A DNA stretch of 28,095 nucleotides from Candidatus Thorarchaeota archaeon (GTDB lineage: Archaea > Asgardarchaeota > Thorarchaeia > Thorarchaeales > Thorarchaeaceae), in NCBI GenBank assembly GCA_003345595.1, contig PRDI01000059.1, positions 1-28,095 on the forward strand. The letters are read 5' to 3'. A model generated the notes under the pieces. That model was given only the letters and a program-made list of their open reading frames with translations, had not been told where the DNA came from and did not search any database. A program made the translations under genes and the position numbers. Of the stretch, positions 1 to 8,978 are shown piece after piece (positions within the stretch are counted from its first letter, which is position 1; every line of letters begins with the position of its first letter).

Positions 1-285
1 GGCTTTCCTTGATAGGAGCTCGAAAGCCGAACTCATCCAAGCACCAGAGAACAGCATGCCTTGTAGGCGATAGAGCAGGGAATCATCGTTGATGAAGGAA
101 ACATTCACCTCGCAGTCGCTAAGGGAGTGGGCAAAAAGCTGTATCCAGACCACGTCATCAGTCGATTCGGAGAACCTTTCTTCAAGATAGAAACTCATTC
201 CATAGTTGTTGAGCACAAAGACCGTGGAACCTGCTGTCACTGCCAGAATCGAGACAATCGCTATTGCGGCGAGCTTGCGATTCAA
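1..285 (-). CDS. Hypothetical secreted or membrane-anchored protein, 5' part (runs off the window edge)
   Basis: Not in the ORF track. Manual translation from TTG at 285, with GGAGG upstream: MNRKLAAIAIVSILAVTAGSTVFVLNNYGMSFYLEERF..., open to position 1. Basic N-terminus followed by a hydrophobic stretch. Confidence 0.75.
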   Translation of the reverse strand, partial: MNRKLAAIAIVSILAVTAGSTVFVLNNYGMSFYLEERFSESTDDVVWIQLFAHSLSDCEVNVSFINDDSLLYRLQGMLFSGAWMSSAFELLSRKA

Positions 286-351
286 CGACTCGTCCTCCTG
301 TAGCACTCAATTGTCAATCTTCCCACATAAACCCTGCGGACTCCGGGGCGT

Positions 352-1737
352 CTAATCTGAAGAGGCCTCGTGCAGACGCTCTGCCTTCTCCTTGTGCATC
401 TTCTCCATCGCTGTCCTCACCTTGTCCAGTCGCTCCCCGTGCAGGGGGTAGTACTTCAGGCAGACCAGTGCCAGTGCCATTGCAATTAGTGGAATGACCG
501 TCATGGCTATTCTGAATGATAGACTAATCTCCGGTGTCGGTGGTGAACCACCCTGATATCCTGTGAGACCGAAGACCATTGATGCCGTCAGACCACTCAG
601 GACAAACCCAAGCCGACCGAGAAACCCGTTCATTCCGAAGTAGACTCCCTCTCTCCGGGTCCCAGACTTGACCTCATCCTCGTCAATGATCTCGCTGACC
701 ATGACCTCGGGCAGCATCATGTATCCCGACAGGCCCACCCCGGCGAAGAGCATTATAGGCAGCACTTGAACAAGACCTGAAACAAACAGGAAAGGCTGGA
801 GGGCGAGCGCGAAGATTGTCATTGTCACGATGAATGACTTCCTGGTCCCGTATTTCCTGTAGGCTCTTGCCCAGACCGCCAAGAATGGCAGAGCCGAAAC
901 GAACATGAGCAACAGCAAAATCGTCACTTCGCCTTTTGTTATGCCAATGATGTTGGTTGTGAAGAACTCGAGCATGCTCTCCATCCATAGAAAGGCGTAG
1001 TTTATCATCAGGTAGGCCACAGCGAAGATTAAGAATGTCCTATTCCCTAGAGTTGTCGTGAGGGTCTGTCGAAGCGGGGCATTCGGTTCAAGGCTGAGCT
1101 CCTTTCTCTCCTTGTTCCAGATTACGGAGATGATGAAAGGCACAGCCCCAATTGCACCCAAGACCAGACCCACGAGCTTGTACGCATCATACACCGACAT
1201 AGTGGCTGAGAGACTCTCGATCATCATTGGCATCATGAAAGCGAGTATGAGACCGACAGCTGCGAACAGCTGTCTGTAGAGCTGGACCTGGGACCTCTCC
1301 TTTGGGCTCTCGTAAAGCTCTGGAAACATGGAAACATAGGGGACACTCACAAGAGTGTAGAACCCATCGAACGCGATTATGGTGAGGAGGAAGTAGATGA
1401 ATATCGGGATGTTGAAGGGCTCCGCCAAAGGAAGTCCCGTCGCTGGAGGCGTCCAGACCAGCAAGTATGTGACGAAGAGGAAGATTGCACCTATGAATAT
1501 GTAGGGCCTTCTTCTGCCCCACCGACTGCGAGTCCGGTCAGATAGAACCCCGAAAAGGGGATCATTGATCGCGTTCCAGACGCCGTATATCGCGATTGCT
1601 ATCCCGAATAGGACCCCATCAAGACCGATGTACTTCTTGTCTACATAGAAGGTGAGAGCGAATGTTGCGAAAGCATTGTAGAGCAAAGATGCTCCAAGGT
1701 TTCCTGATGCATAGCTTATCTTCCCTCTCAGACCCAT
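352..1737 (-). CDS. MFS transporter, GPH (MelB-like glycoside-pentoside-hexuronide) family
   Basis: 461 aa, about 12 TM. Signature WNAINDPLFGVLSDRTRSRWGRRRPYI and C-half motif IIDEDEVKSGTRREGVYFG. Confidence 0.92.
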   Translation of the reverse strand: MGLRGKISYASGNLGASLLYNAFATFALTFYVDKKYIGLDGVLFGIAIAIYGVWNAINDPLFGVLSDRTRSRWGRRRPYIFIGAIFLFVTYLLVWTPPATGLPLAEPFNIPIFIYFLLTIIAFDGFYTLVSVPYVSMFPELYESPKERSQVQLYRQLFAAVGLILAFMMPMMIESLSATMSVYDAYKLVGLVLGAIGAVPFIISVIWNKERKELSLEPNAPLRQTLTTTLGNRTFLIFAVAYLMINYAFLWMESMLEFFTTNIIGITKGEVTILLLLMFVSALPFLAVWARAYRKYGTRKSFIVTMTIFALALQPFLFVSGLVQVLPIMLFAGVGLSGYMMLPEVMVSEIIDEDEVKSGTRREGVYFGMNGFLGRLGFVLSGLTASMVFGLTGYQGGSPPTPEISLSFRIAMTVIPLIAMALALVCLKYYPLHGERLDKVRTAMEKMHKEKAERLHEASSD

Positions 1738-1928
1738 GTTCGTAGCTCCCAGTCAGCTTCCGGCAACGAAACCGACAGTTGCCATTATGCAGGACCTCCA
1801 TAACATTCTGCCAATCACTTGAACTTGATGCTCATCTCAGCCCGCAACCTAGTTGCCCCAAACTTCCACATGGGAAAGGTTTTACACTGACAGAATAGAC
1901 CCCTCAAGTGTTGAGGAAGGTGGTTGCA

Positions 1929-3191
1929 GTGCGAAAAGAGGAACAGCGAATCGAGAAGAAGGAAGAAGAGGTCAAAGAGGAACTCAAGACGAAGGAAGAA
2001 GAGGTCAAAGAGGAAGTCAAGGTAAAGGAAGAAGAGGTCAAAGAGGAGGTCAAGATAAAGGAAGAAGCAATGCTGCGGCGCTTCGCTCGCGCACTCGGCC
2101 TCTTTATGGACTCAAAACGGATGAAGTGGCTGACGGTAGTCTTCATCATTGGGCTAGTCTGGATGACCTTCATAGATCTTTATGGTATCTACTTCATACC
2201 GAGCTCGCTCCTTGTCCCTGTGACTGTCGTGACCGGAGGCCTATGGCCCGTCTTTTTCATGCTGACCTCGCTGATGGCGCTAATACGTCTCGAGCGCCTT
2301 GTCGCAAGCCAGACGTCCTACGCCAAGTCATTGTCCATTTTCCTGCCGTGGGCAACAATCAGCATCTTGTTGCTGATGATTATATGGTCCCGTTTCTCGG
2401 CGGCATTCCTTCTGGCGATATTTGGCGTGGCATTCTTCGGTTGGATATCATTTCAGGCATTCTTTGCCACTCGGACCAGTTTGCACTATGCAGACGACAT
2501 CTTCATGAAGTCGCACATGACGCTGATCAAGATCATTTCAGTTCTGAGCAACTTCCTTTGTTATGCGATGATTATTGGGTCCTTCTACTACACTGTCTTC
2601 ATTCTGAATCCCACAGAGATAATACACCAACCAAGAGAACTCCCGTTGATAGTCGGTATGCTGTTTGCATTGGGTTTCAACGTTCTCAATCTCGAATTCA
2701 TGATAAGACATCGGCACACAACAGTTCTTGACAACTTGGCACTATTCGGTCTATTCATCTCTCTTTACTCAGCCTATTTCATCTATGAAGCTGGGAAACC
2801 CACGTCGGCCAGCTTCAATCTGGTGTCAGCATCGATCTCACTCTTCTTCGTGATCTACGCTATGGGCTCTGTGGGTGAGACACTCTCGGAGAGGTCTCTC
2901 GTACGCAGGCACTGGACGCTGTCAGCCGAAGCTTCGGTCACTCTGACATTCTTTCTGGCGTCAGGCTACTACTTCGCCAGCACGTTCCTCTCGGTGCTGT
3001 ATGAAGACCCGAACCTGGCTTCCATAATCGGCGTGACAATCAAGCTTCTCATGTTCCCGTTCGTGGCGGCGGTAACCGAGGCTCATCATATGCTAAGACG
3101 CATAGGCGCCCCGCCGGAGAGGGCCGCATCTTCTGAGCGGGAACAAGGCCCTCCAACTCAAGATGAGGCAGATGCAGACAGGAATGAATGA
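1929..3191 (+). CDS. Hypothetical polytopic membrane protein with a charged N-terminal repeat
   Basis: Long ORF with about 10-11 hydrophobic segments. GTG at 1929, behind GGAAGGTG, preferred over the track start at 1908. Confidence 0.8.
   Translation: MRKEEQRIEKKEEEVKEELKTKEEEVKEEVKVKEEEVKEEVKIKEEAMLRRFARALGLFMDSKRMKWLTVVFIIGLVWMTFIDLYGIYFIPSSLLVPVTVVTGGLWPVFFMLTSLMALIRLERLVASQTSYAKSLSIFLPWATISILLLMIIWSRFSAAFLLAIFGVAFFGWISFQAFFATRTSLHYADDIFMKSHMTLIKIISVLSNFLCYAMIIGSFYYTVFILNPTEIIHQPRELPLIVGMLFALGFNVLNLEFMIRHRHTTVLDNLALFGLFISLYSAYFIYEAGKPTSASFNLVSASISLFFVIYAMGSVGETLSERSLVRRHWTLSAEASVTLTFFLASGYYFASTFLSVLYEDPNLASIIGVTIKLLMFPFVAAVTEAHHMLRRIGAPPERAASSEREQGPPTQDEADADRNE
1959..2067 (+). repeat. 33-nt coding tandem repeat, 3 full copies plus a partial: KEEEVKEE(L/V)K(T/V/I)
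   Basis: Units starting aaggaagaagaggtcaaagagga at 1959, 1992 and 2025; partial unit at 2058. Confidence 0.95.
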
Positions 3192-3201
3192 ACGATTCTG
3201 T

Positions 3202-3999
3202 TTAGAGTAGTGTGATTATTAGCCCCCATTCACCAACGCCTAGTTGGAGTTCATCTCTGAATTCCTTCACGTAGCCATTCTCAATCCTAATTCTTGAACC
3301 CTCCTCGACCTGTCTGATTTGGTCATTCCAGAGAACAAGCCCTATTGAGGATGTATCATCAGTCAGCACTGCTTCAGCTACCTTCAGTTGTTCACCCGTT
3401 TTCCTAGATGAGACTGTGCGTGGACTTGCGATTCGGTCCACTCGCCCTTCGACAATGACAAGTTTCTGATCGTTGTGAAGGTTTCCGATTTTCGACATGG
3501 CCTTTGGGAATCCGGCTGAGATCCTCTTCTCGTAGTATCTTTGACTCCACTGAGGTAGGTGATGTGTTGTGCCAATCTGGACGAATCCAACTTTCTCGTA
3601 GAATGGTTTCGTTCTCAGATTCCATTCTGGGGTGTCCAACACCCACAGATCAGCTGATGGATATTGCCCCCAGACGAGCTCGAAGACTTTCTGCCCTATG
3701 CCCTTTCTCATGTGGTTGGGATCTATCCAGATCCTCTCACACACCTGATATCCCGGACCCCTATCTCCTGCAATGAATCCCCCAACGATATCGTTCCCAC
3801 TGACGACTTTGTAGTACTGCAGATATGCATTCTTGATCGCATGTGAATTCCATTCCATCGAGTCGTAGCCTGGAGGACCACCTGGGCCAGGAGCACCCAC
3901 GTCTGAGTCAGAATCGAATGCCCTCTTGCATTTCTCTGTGAGGATTTCGGCATCAGCGACCTCGGCTCCACAGACTATGATCTCGTTTCTCGCCACCAT
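3202..3999 (-). CDS. GNAT-family acetyltransferase fused to a C-terminal SSB/RPA-like OB fold
   Basis: GNAT motif A HMRKGIG and N..FYEKVGF. From 3498 the sequence MSKIGNL...VEGRV...VAEAVLTDDT..IGLVLW...RIENGY..F..ELQL follows the crenarchaeal SSB pattern. Confidence 0.85.
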   Translation of the reverse strand: MVARNEIIVCGAEVADAEILTEKCKRAFDSDSDVGAPGPGGPPGYDSMEWNSHAIKNAYLQYYKVVSGNDIVGGFIAGDRGPGYQVCERIWIDPNHMRKGIGQKVFELVWGQYPSADLWVLDTPEWNLRTKPFYEKVGFVQIGTTHHLPQWSQRYYEKRISAGFPKAMSKIGNLHNDQKLVIVEGRVDRIASPRTVSSRKTGEQLKVAEAVLTDDTSSIGLVLWNDQIRQVEEGSRIRIENGYVKEFRDELQLGVGEWGLIITLL

Positions 4000-4404
4000 A
4001 GAATATGCCCCTTCAGCATCGAGAGAGCCCGCTTTTCATTTCTTCTCTCGACCTTTGCGAGCTGAGATTAGAGTCAATACTGAGTCACGAGTTTCCTCTG
4101 AAAAGGTGTAGTTCGAAGATATAGCATCCCTCAAGAACGTCCAAGCTACCGTTCATTGTAAGTTGGACAAAGTTGGACACAGGAGTCTTTGTCCTCCCAG
4201 AAACGGCACTGGGGTCGTACTCCTTGGGGCTGGAATGTGTCGAGTCAGCCTCAAAGAGATGTCTGATTCGAGCTATTCAAGCCCCTACTCGAAAATGTCC
4301 AGGATTGTCCAACTTCTACGCAGCTGTTGCATACCCTTGGAGTTTCTAATGTCGTTCTGCTTTCGGAACCTAACGATTGGCAGTCCTGTTTCGAGGTTCT
4401 AAAC

Positions 4405-4581
4405 ATGGCAATAGGCCTTGCGAAGTTGAAGACTGAAGTCATCGATTTGATGATGAAGGGAGAATCAGGTGACGTAAGCAGGAGGTTGACGGACGCTCTC
4501 GGAAAGATTGACCACAGCGCAGCTATCCCTGCTCAGTCCCTTTGCCACAGTAGTAACAGGTTTCCAGTGCCTAGGCTGTGA
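4405..4581 (+). CDS. Small hypothetical protein (58 aa), possibly a truncated paralogue of the gene at 21588
   Basis: GAGGT 7 nt before the ATG. MAIGLAKLKTEVIDLMMK matches MGIGLARLEIEVTDLMMK at 21588 (13/18 identical). Confidence 0.5.
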   Translation: MAIGLAKLKTEVIDLMMKGESGDVSRRLTDALGKIDHSAAIPAQSLCHSSNRFPVPRL

Positions 4582-4685
4582 CTTTTCGCGCAGCTGCTAG
4601 CGTTTCCTGCAAACGATGACTCCGCCAAATACGATCACCACTATGATAACTGCAAGAACAACTGCATAGGGGTCCAAGGTCGGAT

Positions 4686-4985
4686 TCTGCGTTGATCTCC
4701 GAATTGACCGAGATAGACGAGAGAAAGAGGATCATGGGACAGTTCTCCATCATTGGCGGATTTGGAGGCCTCGGAGGTGCGTTCCTTGGAGGCTTCCTCT
4801 ACGATGGCGGAGCAGGATTTGCGAGTGGAATCGTATTCAATATCGCTGCTGCTATGATGATGTTTTCAAGCCTCATAGTCTACTTCTCTGTTCGCATCAG
4901 GAGAGTCAAGCGCTATGATGAGTCTGATAAGAGCGAGTCACCGAAGAAACATTCCCTGAGTGAGCTTCCCTCAAGCCTGCGCACT
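4686..4985 (+). pseudogene. Internal fragment of an MFS transporter
   Basis: ALISELTEIDERKRIMGQFSIIGGFGGLGGAFLGGFLYD resembles MFS TM4-5, followed by TM6 and the central loop. No N-terminal helices and no C-half; the frame runs into the 3' end of the convergent LLM gene. Confidence 0.7.
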
Positions 4986-5004
4986 GGTATTACTGTAAGT
5001 TCAC

Positions 5005-5817
5005 TCAACGAGGACCTTTTGCAATTCGTTCGAGGAACCCATCAAAATCATCTCCCATCATGACTTCAACATACCAAGTGGCACCAGTAGCCGCGAACTC
5101 ATCAATCCATGAGTCCTTTTCAGCATCACAAGTGGATCTCCCCATCAGTACAATGTCAAAGTCCTTCATGGATTCTCGATGATTCCTGACGTATTTTGCT
5201 ATATTGACGTAATCATCGAATTGCAGATCTTCAATCCCTAGTGGAAACACACCATCGTATCTTGCTGCTCTTCGGAATGGAGCTTTTATTGGCCACGTTC
5301 CTGCACACCATATTGGCACACGTGGTCGCTGAATTGGGCGAGGATTGAATATGACCTCATCAATACTGTAGTGCTTCCCACAAAACGAAAATGGCTTGCC
5401 AGACCAAAGACCCTCAAGAATTGCTAAGGACTCGTCCAGTTTCTCAGCTCTTACTCTGAGATCAGTATCTTCTCCGAAACTTCCATACTCCGCATCAGCA
5501 GGACCCCCTAATCCAACTCCTAGAATGAACCGTCCCTTGGAAAGAATATCTAAAGTAGTGACCTCCCTTGCTACCTTCTGTGGGCGCCGTCTTGGTAGAG
5601 GAGTCACTGTTGTACCAATTCGAATCCTTTCAGTGTGTGCTGCTATGGCTGCAAGTGTAATCCATGGATCTGCAATCAATTCATCCTTTCCCGGATAATT
5701 GTGGTCCCATATAAAGAAACCATCCCACTTTGCATCTTCAGCAGCCATTGCCAATTCAAGGAATTTGATGGGGTTTCCTTGAAGTGCGTAGTTAGAGATA
5801 TAGACTCCATATTTCAT
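5005..5817 (-). CDS. LLM-class (luciferase-like) flavin- or F420-dependent oxidoreductase
   Basis: AEDAKWDGFFIWDH, DPWITLAAIAAHTERIRIGT, LDILSKGRFILGVGLG, PRPIQRPRVPIW. Start moved to ATG of MKYGVY. Confidence 0.9.
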   Translation of the reverse strand: MKYGVYISNYALQGNPIKFLELAMAAEDAKWDGFFIWDHNYPGKDELIADPWITLAAIAAHTERIRIGTTVTPLPRRRPQKVAREVTTLDILSKGRFILGVGLGGPADAEYGSFGEDTDLRVRAEKLDESLAILEGLWSGKPFSFCGKHYSIDEVIFNPRPIQRPRVPIWCAGTWPIKAPFRRAARYDGVFPLGIEDLQFDDYVNIAKYVRNHRESMKDFDIVLMGRSTCDAEKDSWIDEFAATGATWYVEVMMGDDFDGFLERIAKGPR

Positions 5818-6386
5818 CGTAGTACACAGATCGATGCGCCGAGTCATCTAGTTATATTGTGGTTTCTCGCTTTTCCTGAGTGTTCGACTATACTTCTTTC
5901 ATGAATCATCTATCTACAATCGTTAAGTAGATTCAACTCTGCAAAGAAGCAGGAGTTCATCGACAGGCACATACAGTCTGGTCCAGGCGTCGTTGTCGCC
6001 TTCTCTCGAACCCGTCCTCTCCTATCCGATTCCCTGTAATGATGTCACTGAGTCTTCATGGCCATAATCGACCGCGCCATGTTCTCGATACCATAGACAA
6101 GGAGTTCAAGCTGAGTTCGGGTGTCCTGTCTTTCTAGGAGCATCAGTAGGCTTCCGGGTGCGACTATGTCCGCCATGGTGCCGACTGCTATCCTATTCAG
6201 TCCATCCCGGATGTCCTGTACCTGCATCGCTGTTATGAACCGGGATGTGTTCGGCTCAAACTTGACAGGGAGCTTCGGAATGCAGAGTACTGTTATCGAT
6301 CCGGGTTCATATTCTTTGAGGCCCAGTCCCTCGGCCGCTGGTCTCGCTCCGTACAAGAATGACCGCGCAATAGAGTCGACCGTGAA

Positions 6387-6880
6387 ATGGTGGAACTCGT
6401 GGTCGAGGACGCCGTGCGAGGAAAGAGGCAGTTCGACGTGAACCAGATTCATGCACAGACATACGAGCTGATTCTTGAGTATCGCAGCCAGTACTATGAA
6501 GACAGGCTTGACGAGTTTCTCGACGGCATAGCGGTGAGCGATGACTGCCGCAGAGCGGTTCGCGATGCCCTGTTGAAGCCGGTCAATGTCAGCGGCACCG
6601 AATACAGCAACTTCATGGAGGAACTCACTCGCAGGATTAGTCAGAGCACGCAACCGGTGAGTGGGAGGATCGCCGAGACCTGCTCGGAGCTTGAGCTCAA
6701 GCGAGCCGGGCACAGAGTCCGCGTCCAATACACGCTCATGGAGAAAAAGAACCGACATCACGATTCTTCATTCTTCAGGATCGAGAGGCGTCCAGAGGCA
6801 TCGCAGAGAAGTGAAGAACATGAGGCCGAAAGAAAGGGCCGCAAGAGGCCTAGCATTTGACGGAGATTCCCCGAAGAGCA
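6387..6880 (+). pseudogene. Frameshifted, truncated type II restriction endonuclease-like (PD-(D/E)XK) gene
   Basis: Joining ORF 6387 to the frame of ORF 6661 near 6730-6750 gives ...RISQSTQPVSGRIAE...RTDITILH...EVKNMRPKER..GLAFDGDS, with the QS..G..E / D / EVK / (R,K)ER order seen in CCGG-family (SsoII/Ecl18kI-like) enzymes. Recognised by motif only. Confidence 0.45.
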
Positions 6881-7185
6881 TATGCAAAGGCCGCGTAGGC
6901 ACCGCGCAGCAGGCTCTCCCTCCAGGCATGCTTCTCCTGCTAACAGGGGTTGCATGTCTTGGAGGCTGTTCTTGGCTGCGAACTTGAGCTGTACAAGAAG
7001 TGCAACACACGTGATCGTTGCCTCGCTGATATGAGGCGCAGGCTATCGCCCCTTCAGTGTCAGGTAGGCCTGGTGAAAGTCAGGGTTCAGGATGTACTCA
7101 CCTCAGGCTCGCACTCGCACAAGCCAGAGTAGATATAAGAAGCAAGGACGCTGGATTGACCGAATCAGTTGTCTGGTGAAACAAG

Positions 7186-7656
7186 ATGAGCAGTCCATCA
7201 GCCGAAGATGTCAGAAAGGCCAGTATGGTGACAGTAGCAAGCGTCCACACGGTCTACATCGAAGCGGTCCGAAAGATATCAGGCGAGAAAGGTCTGAGAG
7301 CCGTAGGCGAGGCGAACAGGCTTCACGGCTTGGAGCTTGGCAAAGCGGGTGTAGCCAGCGGAGGCCTGAAGAAGGGTGATCTGAAGTCCATCTATGAGTT
7401 CTTTCAAGGAGCTCACCCATACTTCGGCTTCGAAATAGAGCTTCTCAAGGCCACCAGCCGTGAGCTCGAAATGAAGGTCACTTACTGCCCATGGATTGAA
7501 ACCTTCAAGTCAGAAGGTGCAGGCACGGACATCTGCAATTGGGTCTGCAAAATGGACGAAGGCATCGGCCAAGCTGTTGATTCCAAGCTTGCGATGACAA
7601 TTCCGAAGTGCATGATGCGAGGAGATGCATATTGCATCTATCGCTACCAGAAGTAG
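7186..7656 (+). CDS. V4R / ATC-hydrolase-like small ligand-binding protein
   Basis: 156 aa with CPW, ICNWVCKMD and CMMRGDAYC cysteine pattern typical of the V4R-like L-2-amino-thiazoline-4-carboxylic acid hydrolase family. Confidence 0.75.
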   Translation: MSSPSAEDVRKASMVTVASVHTVYIEAVRKISGEKGLRAVGEANRLHGLELGKAGVASGGLKKGDLKSIYEFFQGAHPYFGFEIELLKATSRELEMKVTYCPWIETFKSEGAGTDICNWVCKMDEGIGQAVDSKLAMTIPKCMMRGDAYCIYRYQK

Positions 7657-7679
7657 CAAACAGACATGCACAATGCTTC

Positions 7680-8810
7680 CTATACTCTAATCGGGTACCG
7701 CCCCTTCTTGAACGCATAGTCGTACATGTCCACAATCTTCTCTGGTGTGGAGTCAGGTTGGATGTTGTGCGCCGGGGCAAGTATGTACCCGCCACCCGGG
7801 GCGAATGCACGCAGGCGCGTTTCGATCTCCTTTCTTACGGCAGCAATAGTGCCCCCAATCGACATTGCCTCTTGGAGGTCCACCCCACCGTGGAAACAGA
7901 TCTTCTCACCGTACTTCCGCTTCAGAGTTGCAGAGTCCATGCCCTTAGCCAGCGGTTGCACAGGATTGAGTATGTCCACGCCAACTTCAATCAGGTCGTT
8001 GATGACAGGTTCGATTGCACCACAGCTGTGGAACAGTATCTTGACATGAGGCGCTCTCTCATGGATTTCCCCGTAGATTCGCTTGTGCCTGGGTTTGATG
8101 AGGCCGCGATACATCGCAGGACTTACGATCATCCCCTGCTGGTGGCCAAGGTCATCTCCCACCTGAACTATGTCGAGATATTCGCCCACTTGGTCGAGAA
8201 AGACCCGATTGATGTCCGTCGCATACTCCATGCACTTGTCCATCATAGCCTCAGCCAAGTCGCGACGGGTGGCCAGGTCAAGCAGGAATGCCTCATAGCC
8301 TCGCATATAGTGTTCACAGAATTCGAGCACACCCCATGGTCCTCCAACCATACCTACTACGGCACAATCACCGTCTTCGTGCAAGTGCCGTGCCCACTCT
8401 ACAACCCCGTCCATTCGAGATGGGTCGTCCACGTTTGGCCATTCGTATTGCGAAACCTGCTCTATCTCAGTGAAGTCTGCCCACGGATGGTGCACAATCT
8501 CCCAGTACGGACCTATCCACTTTCCACGAAATCCATACTCCGTGTCGACTGAGCCGTCCTGATACGTCTTCGGTTTGAAGCTGGACGCTTCTCTCATGTA
8601 CACGCGTCTGAAGTCAACGTGAAGCCGGTTCAGCAGCGCTTCTGAGATTCTCCAGCTACTCATTATACCCCACTCTTGCGTTTCAGGGGCATCTATTCCA
8701 AGGTAGCTTCTGACCTTCTCATAGGCCGCAGGAGTGATCCACAGGTCGAGTGGTACTCTGTCGGCTTCGCTGTGTTCGAGTGCCGCATGAACCCTATCTC
8801 TTGGTTTCAT
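7680..8810 (-). CDS. UroD/MtaA-superfamily protein (methyltransferase-associated type)
   Basis: MKPRDRVHAALEHSEADRVP, GDDLGHQQGMIVSP, FHSCG, GVDILNPVQP, GGGYILAPAHNIQ. Start at ATG 8810 after GGAG. Confidence 0.88.
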   Translation of the reverse strand: MKPRDRVHAALEHSEADRVPLDLWITPAAYEKVRSYLGIDAPETQEWGIMSSWRISEALLNRLHVDFRRVYMREASSFKPKTYQDGSVDTEYGFRGKWIGPYWEIVHHPWADFTEIEQVSQYEWPNVDDPSRMDGVVEWARHLHEDGDCAVVGMVGGPWGVLEFCEHYMRGYEAFLLDLATRRDLAEAMMDKCMEYATDINRVFLDQVGEYLDIVQVGDDLGHQQGMIVSPAMYRGLIKPRHKRIYGEIHERAPHVKILFHSCGAIEPVINDLIEVGVDILNPVQPLAKGMDSATLKRKYGEKICFHGGVDLQEAMSIGGTIAAVRKEIETRLRAFAPGGGYILAPAHNIQPDSTPEKIVDMYDYAFKKGRYPIRV

Positions 8811-8833
8811 TCGCTGGCGTTCTCCTGCCGAAA

Positions 8834-8844
8834 TTGTCAGACTA
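8834..8844. promoter_or_regulatory. Putative operator TTGTCAGACTA
   Basis: GTC(A/T)GAC-core palindrome between the minus-strand TATA-like TTTAATAT (about 8854-8861) and the start at 8810. Confidence 0.5.
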
Positions 8845-8945
8845 TTGGAGCCTATATTAAACCTGCACATAAGGGGGTACCGAAGTGCTTTAATGACGAG
8901 CACGGGTTAGGTTTGAACTTGCACCCTATGGATCACGAATGCCTT

Positions 8946-8958
8946 CGGTCTGACACCT
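8946..8958. promoter_or_regulatory. Putative operator CGGTCTGACACCT
   Basis: The 12 bp GGTCTGACACCT is identical to 14015-14026; lies just upstream of the mtaA-like RBS. Confidence 0.55.
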
Positions 8959-8978
8959 CAAAGGAGTAAAACCTCAGT

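Noticed and set aside
1959-2067. 33-nt repeats as a CRISPR array
   Set aside because: No spacers, in-frame coding, no cas genes.
1853-2731. 292-aa plus-strand ORF with GRRGQRG repeats
   Set aside because: Alternative frame of the 33-nt repeat and the membrane-protein gene; no protein-like features beyond the repeat.
6045-6761. 238-aa minus-strand ORF
   Set aside because: Its first half is antisense to the nuclease-like gene. The 6045-6350 part could be a gene remnant but has no motif I can recognise, so it is left uncalled.
7043-7100. Minus-strand peptide EYILNPDFHQAYLTLKGR*
   Set aside because: Looks like a protein C-terminus, but has no start or identifiable family.
7608-8552. 314-aa plus-strand ORF
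   Set aside because: Antisense shadow of the UroD-family gene.
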